A stretch of DNA of 64,000 bases. Origin: Adineta vaga (Eukaryota; Animalia; Rotifera). Of this stretch, positions 10,511 through 23,887 are shown piece after piece. A program made the translations under genes and the position numbers. Position 1 is the stretch's first letter; the number at the start of each line of letters is the position of its first letter. The DNA is taken from NCBI GenBank assembly GCA_021613535.1, contig CP075494.1, positions 6,758,001 to 6,822,000 of the forward strand, read 5' to 3'. Under the pieces are notes generated by a model. That model did not search any database and was not told the DNA's origin. It saw nothing but the letters and a program-made list of their open reading frames with translations.

Positions 10511-11956
10511 TTAGAATTTCAATTTGTGTGGTAAAACACCGTTCCAAAGTTGAAAACGGCTCTTAAGATATTGACGAAGAAGTCGTCGGTCAGCATGTGC
10601 TTTGATAGCACTGAGAACCGCGGCATCAGTAGTGCGTTGAGCTTGACGGCGTTCTTCACTAAGTTGTGTTTTCTAGAAACAAAAAGGAAAATATTCGCTA
10701 TTGTTCTTACAAAATTCAACAAAAACCTGCAGGGTACCAGCAATCGTACTGAATATTATTCATTTGTAAGAGGGTGAAAGTTCAAAAAAGCCTTTTTTTG
10801 CATTGATTGAAAGTCGATTTATAGTATTTTAGAGATAAACTCAGTTTTTACAAATAGTATCGACATCTAACAGTCGAATCAATAGATAATTCGTTAGCGC
10901 AAAAACTTTGGAAATTCATATCGATAGAGAAATGAATTATTTCTGTTTTTCGGTAAAAGGAAAAGATTTTTACCTCTTTCTTTGAATCGAAGATATCTTT
11001 TTCGGCATTTTTCTTAGTTGGACGAACACGTTTGAAGAATTTATCATCCAAATTATCGAATTTAGCTGCTGATAAATCGAGTTTAGTGCTTGTTCCGATA
11101 ACATAGATTTGATTGACACGACGTAATGGTACACCATTTAGTTTATGTGGACCTAAATAAGTTTCAAATGAAAAAAAACAAATTCCTTATCATAATCAGA
11201 TATTTACCAGTAACCAATAAGAGTCCAGATGATAAATGTTTAACAACTACAGCGCGCTAGAAAGCAAATACATTTACATTCTAGAAGAAATGATAAATAA
11301 TTTCTTACTTTTCCGGCATGTTTACCAGCGACAAGAATAACAACACTACCGGGTGCAAGTGTTGATCGAAAATGACGTGGATGATCACTAAATTTCTTAC
11401 GTTTAGCAGAAAATTTCTTTGGTCGTTCTTCTGTTGGATAATAACGAGGCTAGAATAAGTCGAGAGAAAAAGACAAGCAAGCAATCATTAATTGAAAAGA
11501 GACAGAACTTTTTTAGTAACATACAAATCGTTTTGCTCGTACAAGACGTTCTTTGCCATTACGTTCACCACCAATGGTTTTCTTGGTCAATGCTGGTTTG
11601 CGTTGTTTCTTTTGAATGCTACCAGCAGTTTTCTTGGTCTTATCTCCTTGTAATTTAGCTTGATCACCTTTCCATTTATTGATACGATATAATGCACGTC
11701 GATGAAACATTCGACCACGTGAAAAACGCATAAGACCACTAGCATTCAATTCACGATTTGAATGTGCATTAATGGTTTTCTTTCCATTTGCAGTTGTCTT
11801 AGGTTTTTTGACTTTGGAACTAACACCGCGTGTTGAAAGTGAAAGTTGTTGTGTTGGTTTTTTTACAGTAGTAGTTGTAGTTTTAACGACTGTAGTTGTC
11901 GTTTTTGTTGTTGTTTTACCACCTGATGTTGCAGTCTTAGCCGATGGCGTCGACAT
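10511..11956 (-). CDS. RPL6: 60S ribosomal protein L6 (eL6), 5 coding exons
   Basis: [97 protein letters not shown], and C-terminal PHKLKF*. Confidence 0.97.
10699..10885 (-). ncRNA. Candidate box H/ACA snoRNA in the last RPL6 intron
   Basis: Sense to RPL6. Hairpin 1 (AUUGAUU/AAUCAAU and GUCGAU/AUCGAC), A-rich hinge fitting ANANNA, hairpin 2 (UCUUACAAA/UUUGUAAGA, AUUCAGUA/UGUUGAAU) followed directly by ACA. The intron is ~300 nt versus 50-75 nt for the other coding introns. Confidence 0.65.
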
Positions 11957-13770
11957 GATTGAGTTCAAATTCTCTGAAAAAAACTAAAAGATTTCAAGTT
12001 TGATTTTCTAGACGATTTAATTTCAATCAACAAATGAAAGAAAAAAGAAAACAACTAAATATGAATCTGATGATGTTTACATACATACATTTAGGAAGGT
12101 AAAATAATCCTCCAATCAAATGTGGATGTTATTCGAACATGTATCTCAATATAAAAATTAATTCTAAGATTTATTTTTGAAAATTTTCAATGAATTTCTC
12201 TATTTCAATGAATTATTTTATACGATTTATTTCGTAAATAAAATCAACTTGGTTATGATTGGTTGTTAAGTACATATGATGACTCATCAATTTCAATCAA
12301 TCAATCAATCATTTTGTTCCTTTCCTTCGCATTATCAAAATTTTCACGTCGAATCGAATGAAAAAAGAAAATTGAAATAAAAATCTCAAACAAGGACAAA
12401 CATATTGAAATTGAAATCCTATATTCATATCATCATATTGAAAAAGATTCTCATTCATGTGATTGTTATTTTAGAATGAATGGTTATATATGTGACAAGT
12501 AGATGAGTGATGCTCTTCAGTAAGCTGTTGATTATGGCAAAAATTCTATTCATAGATCCGAAAAAGAAAATGTATTGTGCGCAATTCTATCATCACTTTT
12601 CAGACGTGTATTTCTTGTTGATTTCTTTATATAACGACCTAGAAAAACATTGTTTTAGATGGATAAGAAAAAAAAGTTTGCTTATCTAAATTAGGACGAG
12701 TTATCATTCTTGATTTCTTCCTTTTCCTTTTTCTTGACAGATGTATTATTTCTAAACGAAGTTCAGATTATTTATTTGTTTGTTTGTTTGTTTGTCTATC
12801 TATTATACAATTCAATGCTTCTTGATCAAGTTAAGTAAACAGTTTGATTAGCTACATAATGTATTATACTCTTGATGTTGTTAATGTCGAAAACAAATTT
12901 CTTGCGAAAGTTTTCTTCATCTTGATTTGTACGACTCAAGAGAATATCTCTCTAATAGTTTCAATGGCCTTGCTATGTTAGATAGAAGTAGAAGACAGAT
13001 CGTGTGCATCTAACTTATACTTCGAGGCCATGAATGACGTCAGCAACAGTAGTAGGAGTCATATTTGTGGAAATCTTTTTTTCTTCTTCTTCTTCTTGCC
13101 GTTCGATAATACCATCGTCGCCTAATAATCATTACGGATATATGCGTGAGATCAACATGACATGTCGATTAAAGTAAGACTAAGACAAGTAGAATTTCGA
13201 GGAGATACTATCAGCTAAACACAGCATGATATATAATCATACTAGAGTGTATATGTGCATGTATAACTGCTTTTATTCAGATGCAAATCTAAGAGAAAAG
13301 AGGTGATCGTAGTAGGACGGCAACAAACGACTTGTGTTGTCCATAATTGCTGTACGCACAGAGGAACACTACTGTGCCATTTGTTCGTTTCTCATTTTGT
13401 AAGCGGACTCTCTCTGATAACGCGAATACAAGTAGTCGTTACGAGACAATGACGAGTTGTCGGGTTATATGCATCGAAGTAAGGAGAGATAGAGAAAGAG
13501 AGCACAATTCCTTCTCCTTCCTTCCAACTTGTTACTCTTCTTTCCTCTTTTGCATCAATAATAGTTGTTCGCATACTGTACGAAGCTTTTTTTGTTTCGG
13601 GATGTAAGTATTCAATAGAGAAACGTGAGAAAAAGAACATAACGATCCAATTGATTACTCGTTTTCTTTTTTGTTTTGCTTTTTTGTTTGTTCGATATCG
13701 CCGATATTCTATATTTATCTTTCAAGATTCTTTAATTAATACCAAATTTTTATCTATAAACAATAACAAG

Positions 13771-16700
13771 ATGGTACTTAAATTACCAGCACTTGAATTT
13801 ACCGAAGCACTTACAGATTCACCGGAATTTCGCGAAAAATTACGTCAACATGAGAATGAACTTGAGAATACATCGAATGCGATAAAAACTTTAATAAAAA
13901 AACTAAATGAAGTTATGGTGGCAAATAAAAGTAGGTTTTGACTTTTTTATTATTTCTCCATAAATCACAAGGAAACCTTTTCATAGCTCTATCAAAAGCA
14001 TCCAGAAGTGTTGCTGAAACATTGAAAAGTTTTAAATTTTTTGTTGTTGGTAGCAAACAAACAGAAGAAGAACGTGATATAGGTTTGTTATCCATCATAA
14101 AAATCTCGTTAAACTTTATAAATTTGTCTTTCGTCTTTTTTTTTCTTCCATATTAGAATCATCACTTTCATACATGGGTGAAGTATTACATCGGATCGAA
14201 GAAGCACGAGAAGCACTTGTATGTCTTGATCAATAAAAATTCTTTGATATAAATTTTCTTATTTTCTTTTTCGCTTACAAATAGAATGTTTCATCGGAAA
14301 CATATTTGAAAAAATTAGATGAATTTCGTAAGACAACAATTGGAAAGGCAAAAGTTAGTTTATAAAATTGAATCCATTGCTATTGATCGAATGTTTTCGA
14401 TTTTTTAGAATAAAAAAAAAGAATTTGATAAAACCACTCAACGTTATTGTGCAATGATTGAAAATAATGTTAAAATTCCTACCAAACGATCTGATCTATT
14501 TCAAGAAGTAAATAATTCTTTGTTAATTATTTATTTATTCAATTGATATTCATTTCTAGGCAGATGCAAATCTTCAAATGCAAACAAAAAAATTCCGTGA
14601 AGAAACACTTGAATATGTTTTCTTATTACAACAAGTACAAGAAAGAAAGAAATTTGATTTTGTTGAAACAGTAAATCATCTATTTGATGTGATTGATGTC
14701 AATTGTATGAAGCTTCTTTTTTTCTTAGCTTTTGGCATTGATGCTCAATTTTTTGTCATTTTATCATGCTGGTAATGAAAAATGGTTTCAAGTTTTTGAA
14801 GAATTTATGACTTCTCTTTCTCTTTTGTTAAGGACAAGAAATTTATAAAGAATTCGATTATTTTATTCGATTTTTACATCATCGTGTTTTGAAAGTAATG
14901 ATAAAAATTAAATTTTCTATGTTTAAACAATGAACATTTTAGTGTCGTGAAAATTTCGATTGTTTTCAACGTGAAGGTGAAGAACTTAAATGGAAAATGT
15001 TAATGGTTCGATATCAACATTAATAAATTTATTAGACTTTTCTTCTTTCGAAATCTTTAGAAGCCAGAAGAACATTTATTAAAAAATCAAGAATTTGATC
15101 GTGAAGGTTATTTATTTCTCATTGAACGAAGTATGTCGAAATAGAAAAAAAAGCCAATAAATAGATTTCAACGTGTTTGTTTTGTCTTTAGATAAACTTA
15201 TTGGTACAACAGCAACAACGAAACATTATTGTCAATATCGAAAAGATATTGGTCTACTTCGAATGATTAGTTTTACACAGACAAGTAGTAAACAGGTATG
15301 TTCGATCTTGAGAAGAAGAGAAAAAAACCTCGAAATGTCTAATCGCTTTTAGACTAAGTATCTGTACAAATGATAAATCTTACTGAGTTATCAAATGCCC
15401 TAGAGATCGCTCGAATGTATGACCTTCTGCTGTCGAGTTATCGATCTTCTTCTTCTTCATTTTAGTCTTGAGGGTATACACGACGTTTGAGAGATCTAAA
15501 TGATTCGAAATTTATTCATTGAACTATACAGAAAGTTGTTTACTTGTAATTCTAGTTAATTCCATATGATATATTTGTTCGTCATTGTCTCGTACATCCA
15601 GCTGATGAAAAATTAGATAAACGTTTTATGTTTGATTTACATGCAATTGAAAAAGGCGGATCATCGGATAAAATGATCGCGTTTACATTTCAAGCGACGA
15701 CTGAAGAAGATTTTGAAGGATGGGTATCGATTTGTGGTGGACTAATAAATGTTTCTAAACCTCAATTATCATCAAAAACTGAATTACAAAGTAAACTAAA
15801 ATCGAATAGACAAATCAATATGAGTGTGTGTTTTTCTCTCTTGAATAGATGAGTTGGATGATTCGGGTATTGATTTTGTTAAAAAATGTATTCAAGTTAT
15901 TGAACGACGTGGTCTGGATGAACAAGGTCTTTATCGTATTGTTGGCATGCAATCAAAAGTGAATTCTGTTGTTGCTGGTCATTTTGGTAATTTTCTTTCA
16001 ATAGACAAATTTTTAAGAAACTCTTTACCTACTCTATTTTAGAAGCTCATAAAACAGTGGCACAACGATTAGCAACACCTGTAGAAGAAGATATGGAATT
16101 AAAAACAATTTGTTCTGCACTTAAACTTTATTTGCGAACATTAACAGAACCAGTTTTTACATTTAAACTTCATAATCGATTCACTGATGCTGCAAGTAAG
16201 AGAAATATCTTTGATTTTTTGTCTATTATAAATCTTTTTTCTTCTTCTTCTAGTGATCGATGATAAAGCTGATCGTATACGAACACTTCATAGTCTATTA
16301 AAAGAGTTACCAAAACAAAACTATGATCTATTACATACTCTAATGACACATTTGCATAAGTATATAATCTAATCGTTTAGTTCTCTCAGTTGATTATTGT
16401 TTTTGTAGTGTTTCGGAACATAAAGACAAAAATTTGATGACACCAGTTAATTTAGGTGTTTGTTTTGGTCCATCACTACTTCGACCAGAATTTGAAACTG
16501 TTTCATCTATTTATGATATTAAATTTCGTAATGCTATTGTCGAATTACTTATTGAACATTATGATAAAATGTTTCAAGCAACTCTCGAACAACAAGATAT
16601 TGATGATATGGTTGGTTCAAGCGAAAATGAGCAATCTGCTGTTGTGAATTTAAGTAGTTCATTATCATCATTAGCTGTAATTATCAACTCTTTTTTCTTT

Positions 16701-17617
16701 CATAAGTATATAATTCCATTCCATTGATTCTTGTTTAGTCAATAACAAGACGTGCACCACCTCCAACAAGTGAAATGATTGAAACAACTGCTGATGCAAG
16801 AAGACGTGGTCTATACAATCCAGATTATTATATAGCGGAAACGAATAAACATCTTATTCCACCGACGTCTGAAGAAAATACAAGGAAGGAATGTAAATAA
16901 AAAAACAATTAATTGATTTGTTTTGAACTGTTTTGTTCTTGTAGCCAGTTCAAGTAGTAGTTTGGAATCTTTGAGTAATATCTCATCAGGAAACACTCAA
17001 TCATTACATAGTAAGATTTTGAAGAAACGAATGCTTTATTTCTATGTATTCAATCAGGTTCCAACCCATTCAGTGGAATCGGTAGTCATTTACGCTCAAT
17101 TTCTTCATTTTCTTTTACAAAACAATTATCATTACCTGAAAGTCAAAGTCGCCTATCAACGAGTCTATCCGCATCATCAAATATTGAACCTATAAGTCCT
17201 TCAACTTCTTCAATACGATCAACTCCAGTAACACATATAACATCGAAATTGTTTGTATATCATTGATTATTTGCTTGAAAATCGTTGACGATTTGTCTTT
17301 TGTTTATCTGTAGACAAGTACGTGCGATAACATTGTATCCATGTCTAGCTGATAATGATTCAGAATTGTCATTTAATGCAAATGAAATTGTTACTGATAG
17401 TAAGTTGTTGAAAATATATGTGAATTTATTTCCTATCAATTATGATTTTACTTTAGTTCGAACATCTCGTGAACCTGGATGGGTAGGTTTTGTTTTGTTT
17501 TGTTATTGAAAATATTTTTAAACCAAAACTTTGTTATTCATTTAGCTAATTGGTACAATCAATGGTAAAACGGGTTTAATACCTGAAAATTACATTAGTT
17601 ATACTAGTGGTGTATGA
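13771..17617 (+). CDS. GRAF/oligophrenin-family RhoGAP (BAR-PH-RhoGAP-SH3; ARHGAP26/10/42-like), multi-exon
   Basis: MVLKLPALEFTEALTDSPEFRE, LQQVQERKKFDFVE, PH domain, GLDEQGLYRIVG, NLMTPVNLGVCFGPSLLRP, SH3 LYPCLADNDSELSF...EPGWLIGTINGKTGLIPENYI. Confidence 0.95.
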
Positions 17618-18352
17618 AAAAACATCAACTGATGTTGTTTTCTTGTTGTGATAGTATTTTTACATCTCTGACTCATCGATATTGTCATTTGACTCTAATC
17701 GATTCTCATCATCATCATACTTGACTAATCTCGTTTGAATGAAAAAAAAACTATTTATTTTGTTTTGAGTGAATAAAACTTAATCATATTTTATTTTCTT
17801 TTGTATATTGATTTATTAATTATTCAATATATGGTGTGCGTGACGTTTTCTTTTATTCTCGATGATGCTCTTTTTATTTTTTCTTAATATTAAAAAAAAA
17901 CAAATTTAATATTTTATCTAATCATATTTGTTCCCTTCTACAAACAAATATTTTCCAATTTCGTTCGGTGTTAAATGATCGATGATAATTATTTCCTTGG
18001 TTTTTATTAATTAAATACGCAATGAATATTTCACTTTTCTTTTTTCAAGGTCTTATTATTCGTGATCAAAATTTATCCTTCGATCAGCAAGTTGACACCT
18101 AAAAATTATTCATACAATGTTCGAATAATTATGATAAACAAATTCGAGAAATGAAATGCGAAGACCTACTGGTGAAAAGAGAGAAAACATGCCGTGCTTA
18201 TCTCACCTGTAATCAATCAATTAGTTAAACTGAAAAATATTCGTCATTCGAACGATGATAAATATGAATTTTTCGAAAAAATATTCAAAAAAAGCAAAAA
18301 TAGAAGCAGTACAAATGAGCAACAAAAGAAAATTTTTTTCTTTCTCTTTTTC

Positions 18353-19316
18353 TTAGCTACGGTTACCGCTTACGAAGGGATGATTGTAAATTTCCTCGGC
18401 AGTCGGTCGACGACGTGGATTGGAACGTAAACAACGTTTTAATATATCACGTAATTGTTTATCAGGATGTTGAGGTATTGTTATATCTCGACGTAATTTA
18501 CCTAAGAAGTTCAATTTAGCTTCGTTACTACGTAGAGATTGTAATGGACGATAACCAAATGCCATTTCAAAAAGAATCACACCGAGTGCCCAAATATCAG
18601 CTTTATAACCACATTTTGACTTGGAACTTAGACCAACACGAGAATTGACCATTTCTGGAGAGACATAATCTAGTTTTTCGAAGAAAAAAGAGAGAAAGAG
18701 AGAGAAGATTTTGAACCTTTACAAACTATGTTATCAATAAATTAAATCTACCTGGTGTTCCGGCAGCTGTTTTCAAACGACTAGTAGCATTTGGTGGCAA
18801 GCGAAAACTAATACCCATATCAATTAATCTCAAGACTGATCCGTCACGGCCAATTTGAATAAAATTTTCTGGTTTGACATCTCCATGTACAATACCAAGT
18901 TGATGCATGTAGTAAATCGATTCGACCATTTGTGCCCAAAACCGATGTACAAGTGTTCCAGATATTGGTTTACCGCTAAGAACATGTTCAATAAGTGTAT
19001 CACGTAATGTTTCACCACGTTCCATTACAATAATACCTTGACGATCATTGTGATCATGATTTAAAACTCGAATTACATAGGGATTCAATGGTTGTAAATA
19101 TAAGAGCATTTGAAGTTCTTTCCAATAAGATTGCCGTCGTGATTCAGTATCTGCTTTAACTGAATATGATCCATGAAGAAAATTAATAATCTTTATAGCT
19201 ACCGGTCGGCCAGTACGAAGATCACGACCACCATATACAAGACTATGAAGACCATGACCAATTTGATCTTCCATCCGATAAGGAGTACCACGAACGGATA
19301 TACGTCGACCTGCCAT
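18353..19316 (-). CDS. Small Mps1/TTK-like protein kinase (kinase domain only, 2 exons)
   Basis: VAIK, IVMERGE, VHGDVKPENF, LIDMGIS, GTP|DYVSPE, ADIWALGVILFEM. One intron ~18750-18671. Confidence 0.85.
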
Positions 19317-20087
19317 TAAGTAAAACTAGTTCTTTGAAATTCCTATTTGCTTGTTATGTTGATACAAAACATGGCTATTAATGTAGACGTATACACGTTT
19401 AGAGCAAGTGAGTGTAGGAAAAAGAAAATGTATATGAAACCTTCAGGTCGCAAGGTTGCTTATACATCAACGAATGTAAAGGAAGGTTGAAAAAATGAGA
19501 CGTTGTCAGAATGAGCGCAACTATCCATATCATTCCTTAACGTTTCGTTTTTTTTTCACTGATTTTTCTCTCATTCTCTCGTTTTTTTTCATCCTGTCAC
19601 ATCAATCAAGCATATCAAGGTTAATTTAATATTCTTTTTAACATCATTTTCTCTTTTGTTTAGGATAAATTTGCAAATCATTATTTGAAAATTAAACAAA
19701 ATAATACTGAAATTATTCAAATTACCGAATGATTGTCTTTTAGTTTTCAAGGCTATTTTATTATTCGATATATCATATTATTTATCATAACACATCGATT
19801 TTTCATAGACATATTCAAGTTCATATTTATATCTAATAGACATCGATATATATCTTTCGTAAATGCGACTATGATGTAAATGGGATGGTTTTTAAGAATC
19901 AAATCATAAATATATTTTTTATATAATCGATTGATCGAGGTCAGTTGATTAGGCATTAAACCACTATAATTAGTAGTAACTCGATAAACTACTTCATTTA
20001 TTTATTTCTTCTTCTTTTTCTTCAATCCATAGAAAAACGACAAGACAATCTTTTGGAAAATATATATACACAATCAATAAAGAGTAG

Positions 20088-21084
20088 TTAACTCATCATA
20101 TCGCCACGTTTGGGTTTATCATTGACTAGAGAAACAAAGAGATATTCAAAGGATTATATAAGATTTTATCTACCTTTCGATAAATCACAGTATTCACCAT
20201 AGATATCTTCAGGACACATACATTGACCTGTTATTGGATGACAAACACCGAGTCCACAAGGTTTACAGATATTTTTACAATTAAGACCCCAACGATCTGG
20301 TGGACACATTGAATATGAAAATGATGACTCGTCAATTCTTTTTGTACTCGATAGAGTTGTTGGTTGCGTTAATATCCTCAGAAGAGTCGGAGATATAGTT
20401 GATGTATTCCTCATATCATAGTGATTATTCACAGTTGTAGTAATAACAACCGGACGAAGTAATTTATATAAAAGAAATATTCCAATACCAATAATAAATA
20501 ATAGAAGAAATGATATTAAACCTGCATATAATGCTAATCGTTTATTTTCAAGATAGAATAGTATTGGTGAAGTACTACTATGAGGTGATGATGTTGATGA
20601 ACAATATTTTTCGTCATCATCATTTAATTTTTCATCCTTGATATCATCAACCAGACTTCTATTACCTTGAGGCAAGTTGATTAAACTTTGTTTTACATTA
20701 TACTAAAACAAAAAACAAATAGAAAAGAAAAAGAAAAACATATATATGTATACACACACGCTATTCATGTTTTTTTTGTCATATCACGACTAGACTTACA
20801 CTTTCAAAACATTCAATTGGATTATCATATGTATGTGAATACGTATTATCATAATGTTCATTACTATTAATACAAGATGATGATGTAGCTGATCCAACAT
20901 CTCCAGCTAGTTTTGTTTCGTATAGGAGAAAATCACATACATTAACAGATGGCATTGGCAATGATCTTAATGATGGACGAAAGAATTGATTTGTTGTTGA
21001 AGAATACATTGTACGAACATAAGTTCGATTGTTATAAGTTGTGTGATGATGATGATCAGATGTGGTCATTTTATATGTAGTCAT
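20088..21084 (-). CDS. Single-pass membrane protein with C-terminal EGF-like repeats (3 exons)
   Basis: No signal peptide, internal TM (LALYAGLISFLLLFIIGIGIFLLY), Thr/Ser stalk, CPPDRWGLNC...CHPITGQCMCPEDIYGEYC. Last exon 20125-20088. Confidence 0.75.
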
Positions 21085-23887
21085 GAAAGTGTGTTACGAG
21101 AACATGAAGAAAATATCTTAAAGCTGTAAAAAATAAAGTAACTTCTGACTTTAAGACGATCTTGTCTTCTTTCAAATGAGTTGTATGATGTAGTTTTTTC
21201 GTAAATGTCAGAGAAACAAAATTGTATACGTGATGACGCCGCCTACTGAAGGCAAAAAGAGAGAGAGAGAGAAGAGAATCACATTTTTTCTCGCTCTCTC
21301 TCTCTCTCCCTTTCTGTCGGTCTCTTCTTCGTTCCTATTACATATGCAATTCAAAAGCAATTCGTTATTTGTTGATTTGTTGATGGAAAGAAAACAACAT
21401 CTTAGAAGAAGGTCTATGCTTCTATTTTGTCTCGATTTGCGAAATTGAATGAATACTTGACTTAACTGAAACCTAGAATGCTCACTTTAAAATTGTCAAG
21501 TGTTAATAAAGAATTGCGCGGATATATATATATATTGAAGTGAAACCTTATGATATCGAAAGTAAAGAAGGCGGGACTAAGATTTATAGGTATACAAAAG
21601 GTAGAAGTCGGATTAAAAATTTTCTCCTCTATATAAGGCTTCGAATGAAAGATTTATTCAAGGAGAAATTGTAACATAAAATACATAAACTAATCGATAG
21701 CTGCATTTTGTTAATTTGAAATATATTGTCATTTTGCACGCGTTCAATATACGAGTATAGATTACATATCGATAGCAATAATAATGTTAACGACGCGACT
21801 AAGAGTTCAAATTTTTCTTTTATTTGACAATACTTAATGATAACGAAAAAAAACCGAATCATTTTCTTTCCTCATAGACTTCCTCCTTCTAAATATCAAC
21901 ATGAAAGGAAAAGAGAGAACATGATGTCTTCTGTAAAAAGAAAACTTCTAGTATATACACACATACCTTGAACTTGTATACAACTGTATATGTGTGTGTG
22001 TATATGTGCAGAATAGCTTTATATCGACTTGTCATTTGTGTACATATATATTTTTTTAAATATGCTTATGAGTTACATTGTAAACCTTTTCACAAATGAG
22101 CTTTTTCTTTCTCCTCCTTCTCTTTAACGACAATAACATAAATAAATGTCCAATCTCCCACTCAATCATACATACTGTAATGATAATCTAAAATTAAACG
22201 TGAACAAACGCCTTCAACTGTATATGTATATATACATCATATATATATACACATCCAGATACTCTTTTCTTCGAACGCATATGCTCATATATCGTGATAT
22301 GTTGATACTATACAATATAGTAACATGGTTCGATGAAATAAGTATAAGACTAAAAGAAAAGAAAGGAGAAAGCCATTTACACTTGCTATTCATATAAATA
22401 AACAATCGAAGTTAATTATTTCAACGTTTACATAGGAAACAGTTATGGTTAAATAATATACAAGATGTAATTATATTTCATCATCTTTTTGTGATTTAGT
22501 CATTGATAAGAGAAGAAAAACACATCGAAGATGGAACTTTTCTTTAGAGATATTCTAGTTTATTCATTGAGAGGATTCAATGTTATTGTATTTGTCTGTA
22601 TGGTTTCGTATGTGGTCATACTGTCTACTTCATTAAATAAATAATCAGATAAGCAAAATTGCGACATTTTGCTTGTTATTGTATTTGAAAGTCAATAAAG
22701 TTCTATTCACTGTATTATTGTCTAATGTACATATACAATTGTTTACTTTTTCCTTCATTGATAATGAATGACATAATCCTTGAACTTTCGTATAATATCA
22801 ATTAGAAGTGAGATAATTGAATCTGAGTGTAGCATGAGAATAAAACGAAAAGAATCGAATATGGATGAATTAGCAAAATTTATTGTATCGTTATCAATCC
22901 GACCTTTTGATATTTTTTTAAAACGAAACTTTCACTATCATGTGTAAAAAATCACGTATCTATCTCACACTAATTCCGAGATATTAGACAGATTATGTTG
23001 AAAAAAATCGATTTTGATTACTATCTATAAGAAGATAATTTTATAGAAGCATGTCTGTTATTCTTACATGTAATATTACAACTGACAGATTGTATACATC
23101 GAATATAAAATGGATTGATTCTTTCGTGACATGCCGTGTAAAAGTCAATGTCTCTAGATTTAACTGGGATCGACTTTGATGTAGAACAGCATGTCGAAAA
23201 ATGATCGGAAAGATGTTAAAGTCATTCGATAAGAAATAAGAATGATGTGAGTTTTTGTTTCGTATATGTATTATGAATTGAATTTCAAATATAAAGTTAT
23301 GATATCAAATGTCATACGGGATTACATGGCCTTATATCTATATTCAAAATTGATTCATAATATATTGGTTGACTTTTATCTTTCAGAAGTTAATAAACAG
23401 CATGGAAATTAGTGCGATATTATGTCCTAAAGGTTAACAAAATTCTTCGAAAAAGAATTCATTATTACAGATTAAACTATGTAAAATATACTTTTCTATA
23501 TTAAATAGAATATTCTTCGAATAGTTTGAAGTTTTACACATTATGTTGGTTGCAATGTAATAGATAGATTGATTTTCAATCCTACACCACTGTGTATTAT
23601 CGTATTGTTCGGTTAGATGTCGTATGTGATCGATAAGAAATCATAAGAATTGAATTAATCGCTACATTCAATGTCAATAACAAGTAAAACTCTAGCGACA
23701 ATTGTTCAATTAGTCCAACGATATTTGAAAGAGAAAAAAAAATCATCATCGAGTCGAGCGAGATATATATATATTATTATTATTCTCACCTTAGTCGTTC
23801 TGATTGTTGACCTTAACTATTCAATTGGAAAGAAAGAACATTAATCGTATTAATTCGTATTGTTGAACGTTTTTAGATAAAGATTCA

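Noticed and set aside
14772-14942. Apparent non-canonical splice site in the RhoGAP BAR domain
   Set aside because: Resolved with canonical introns and a short exon (GQEIYKEFDYFIRFLHHRVLK).
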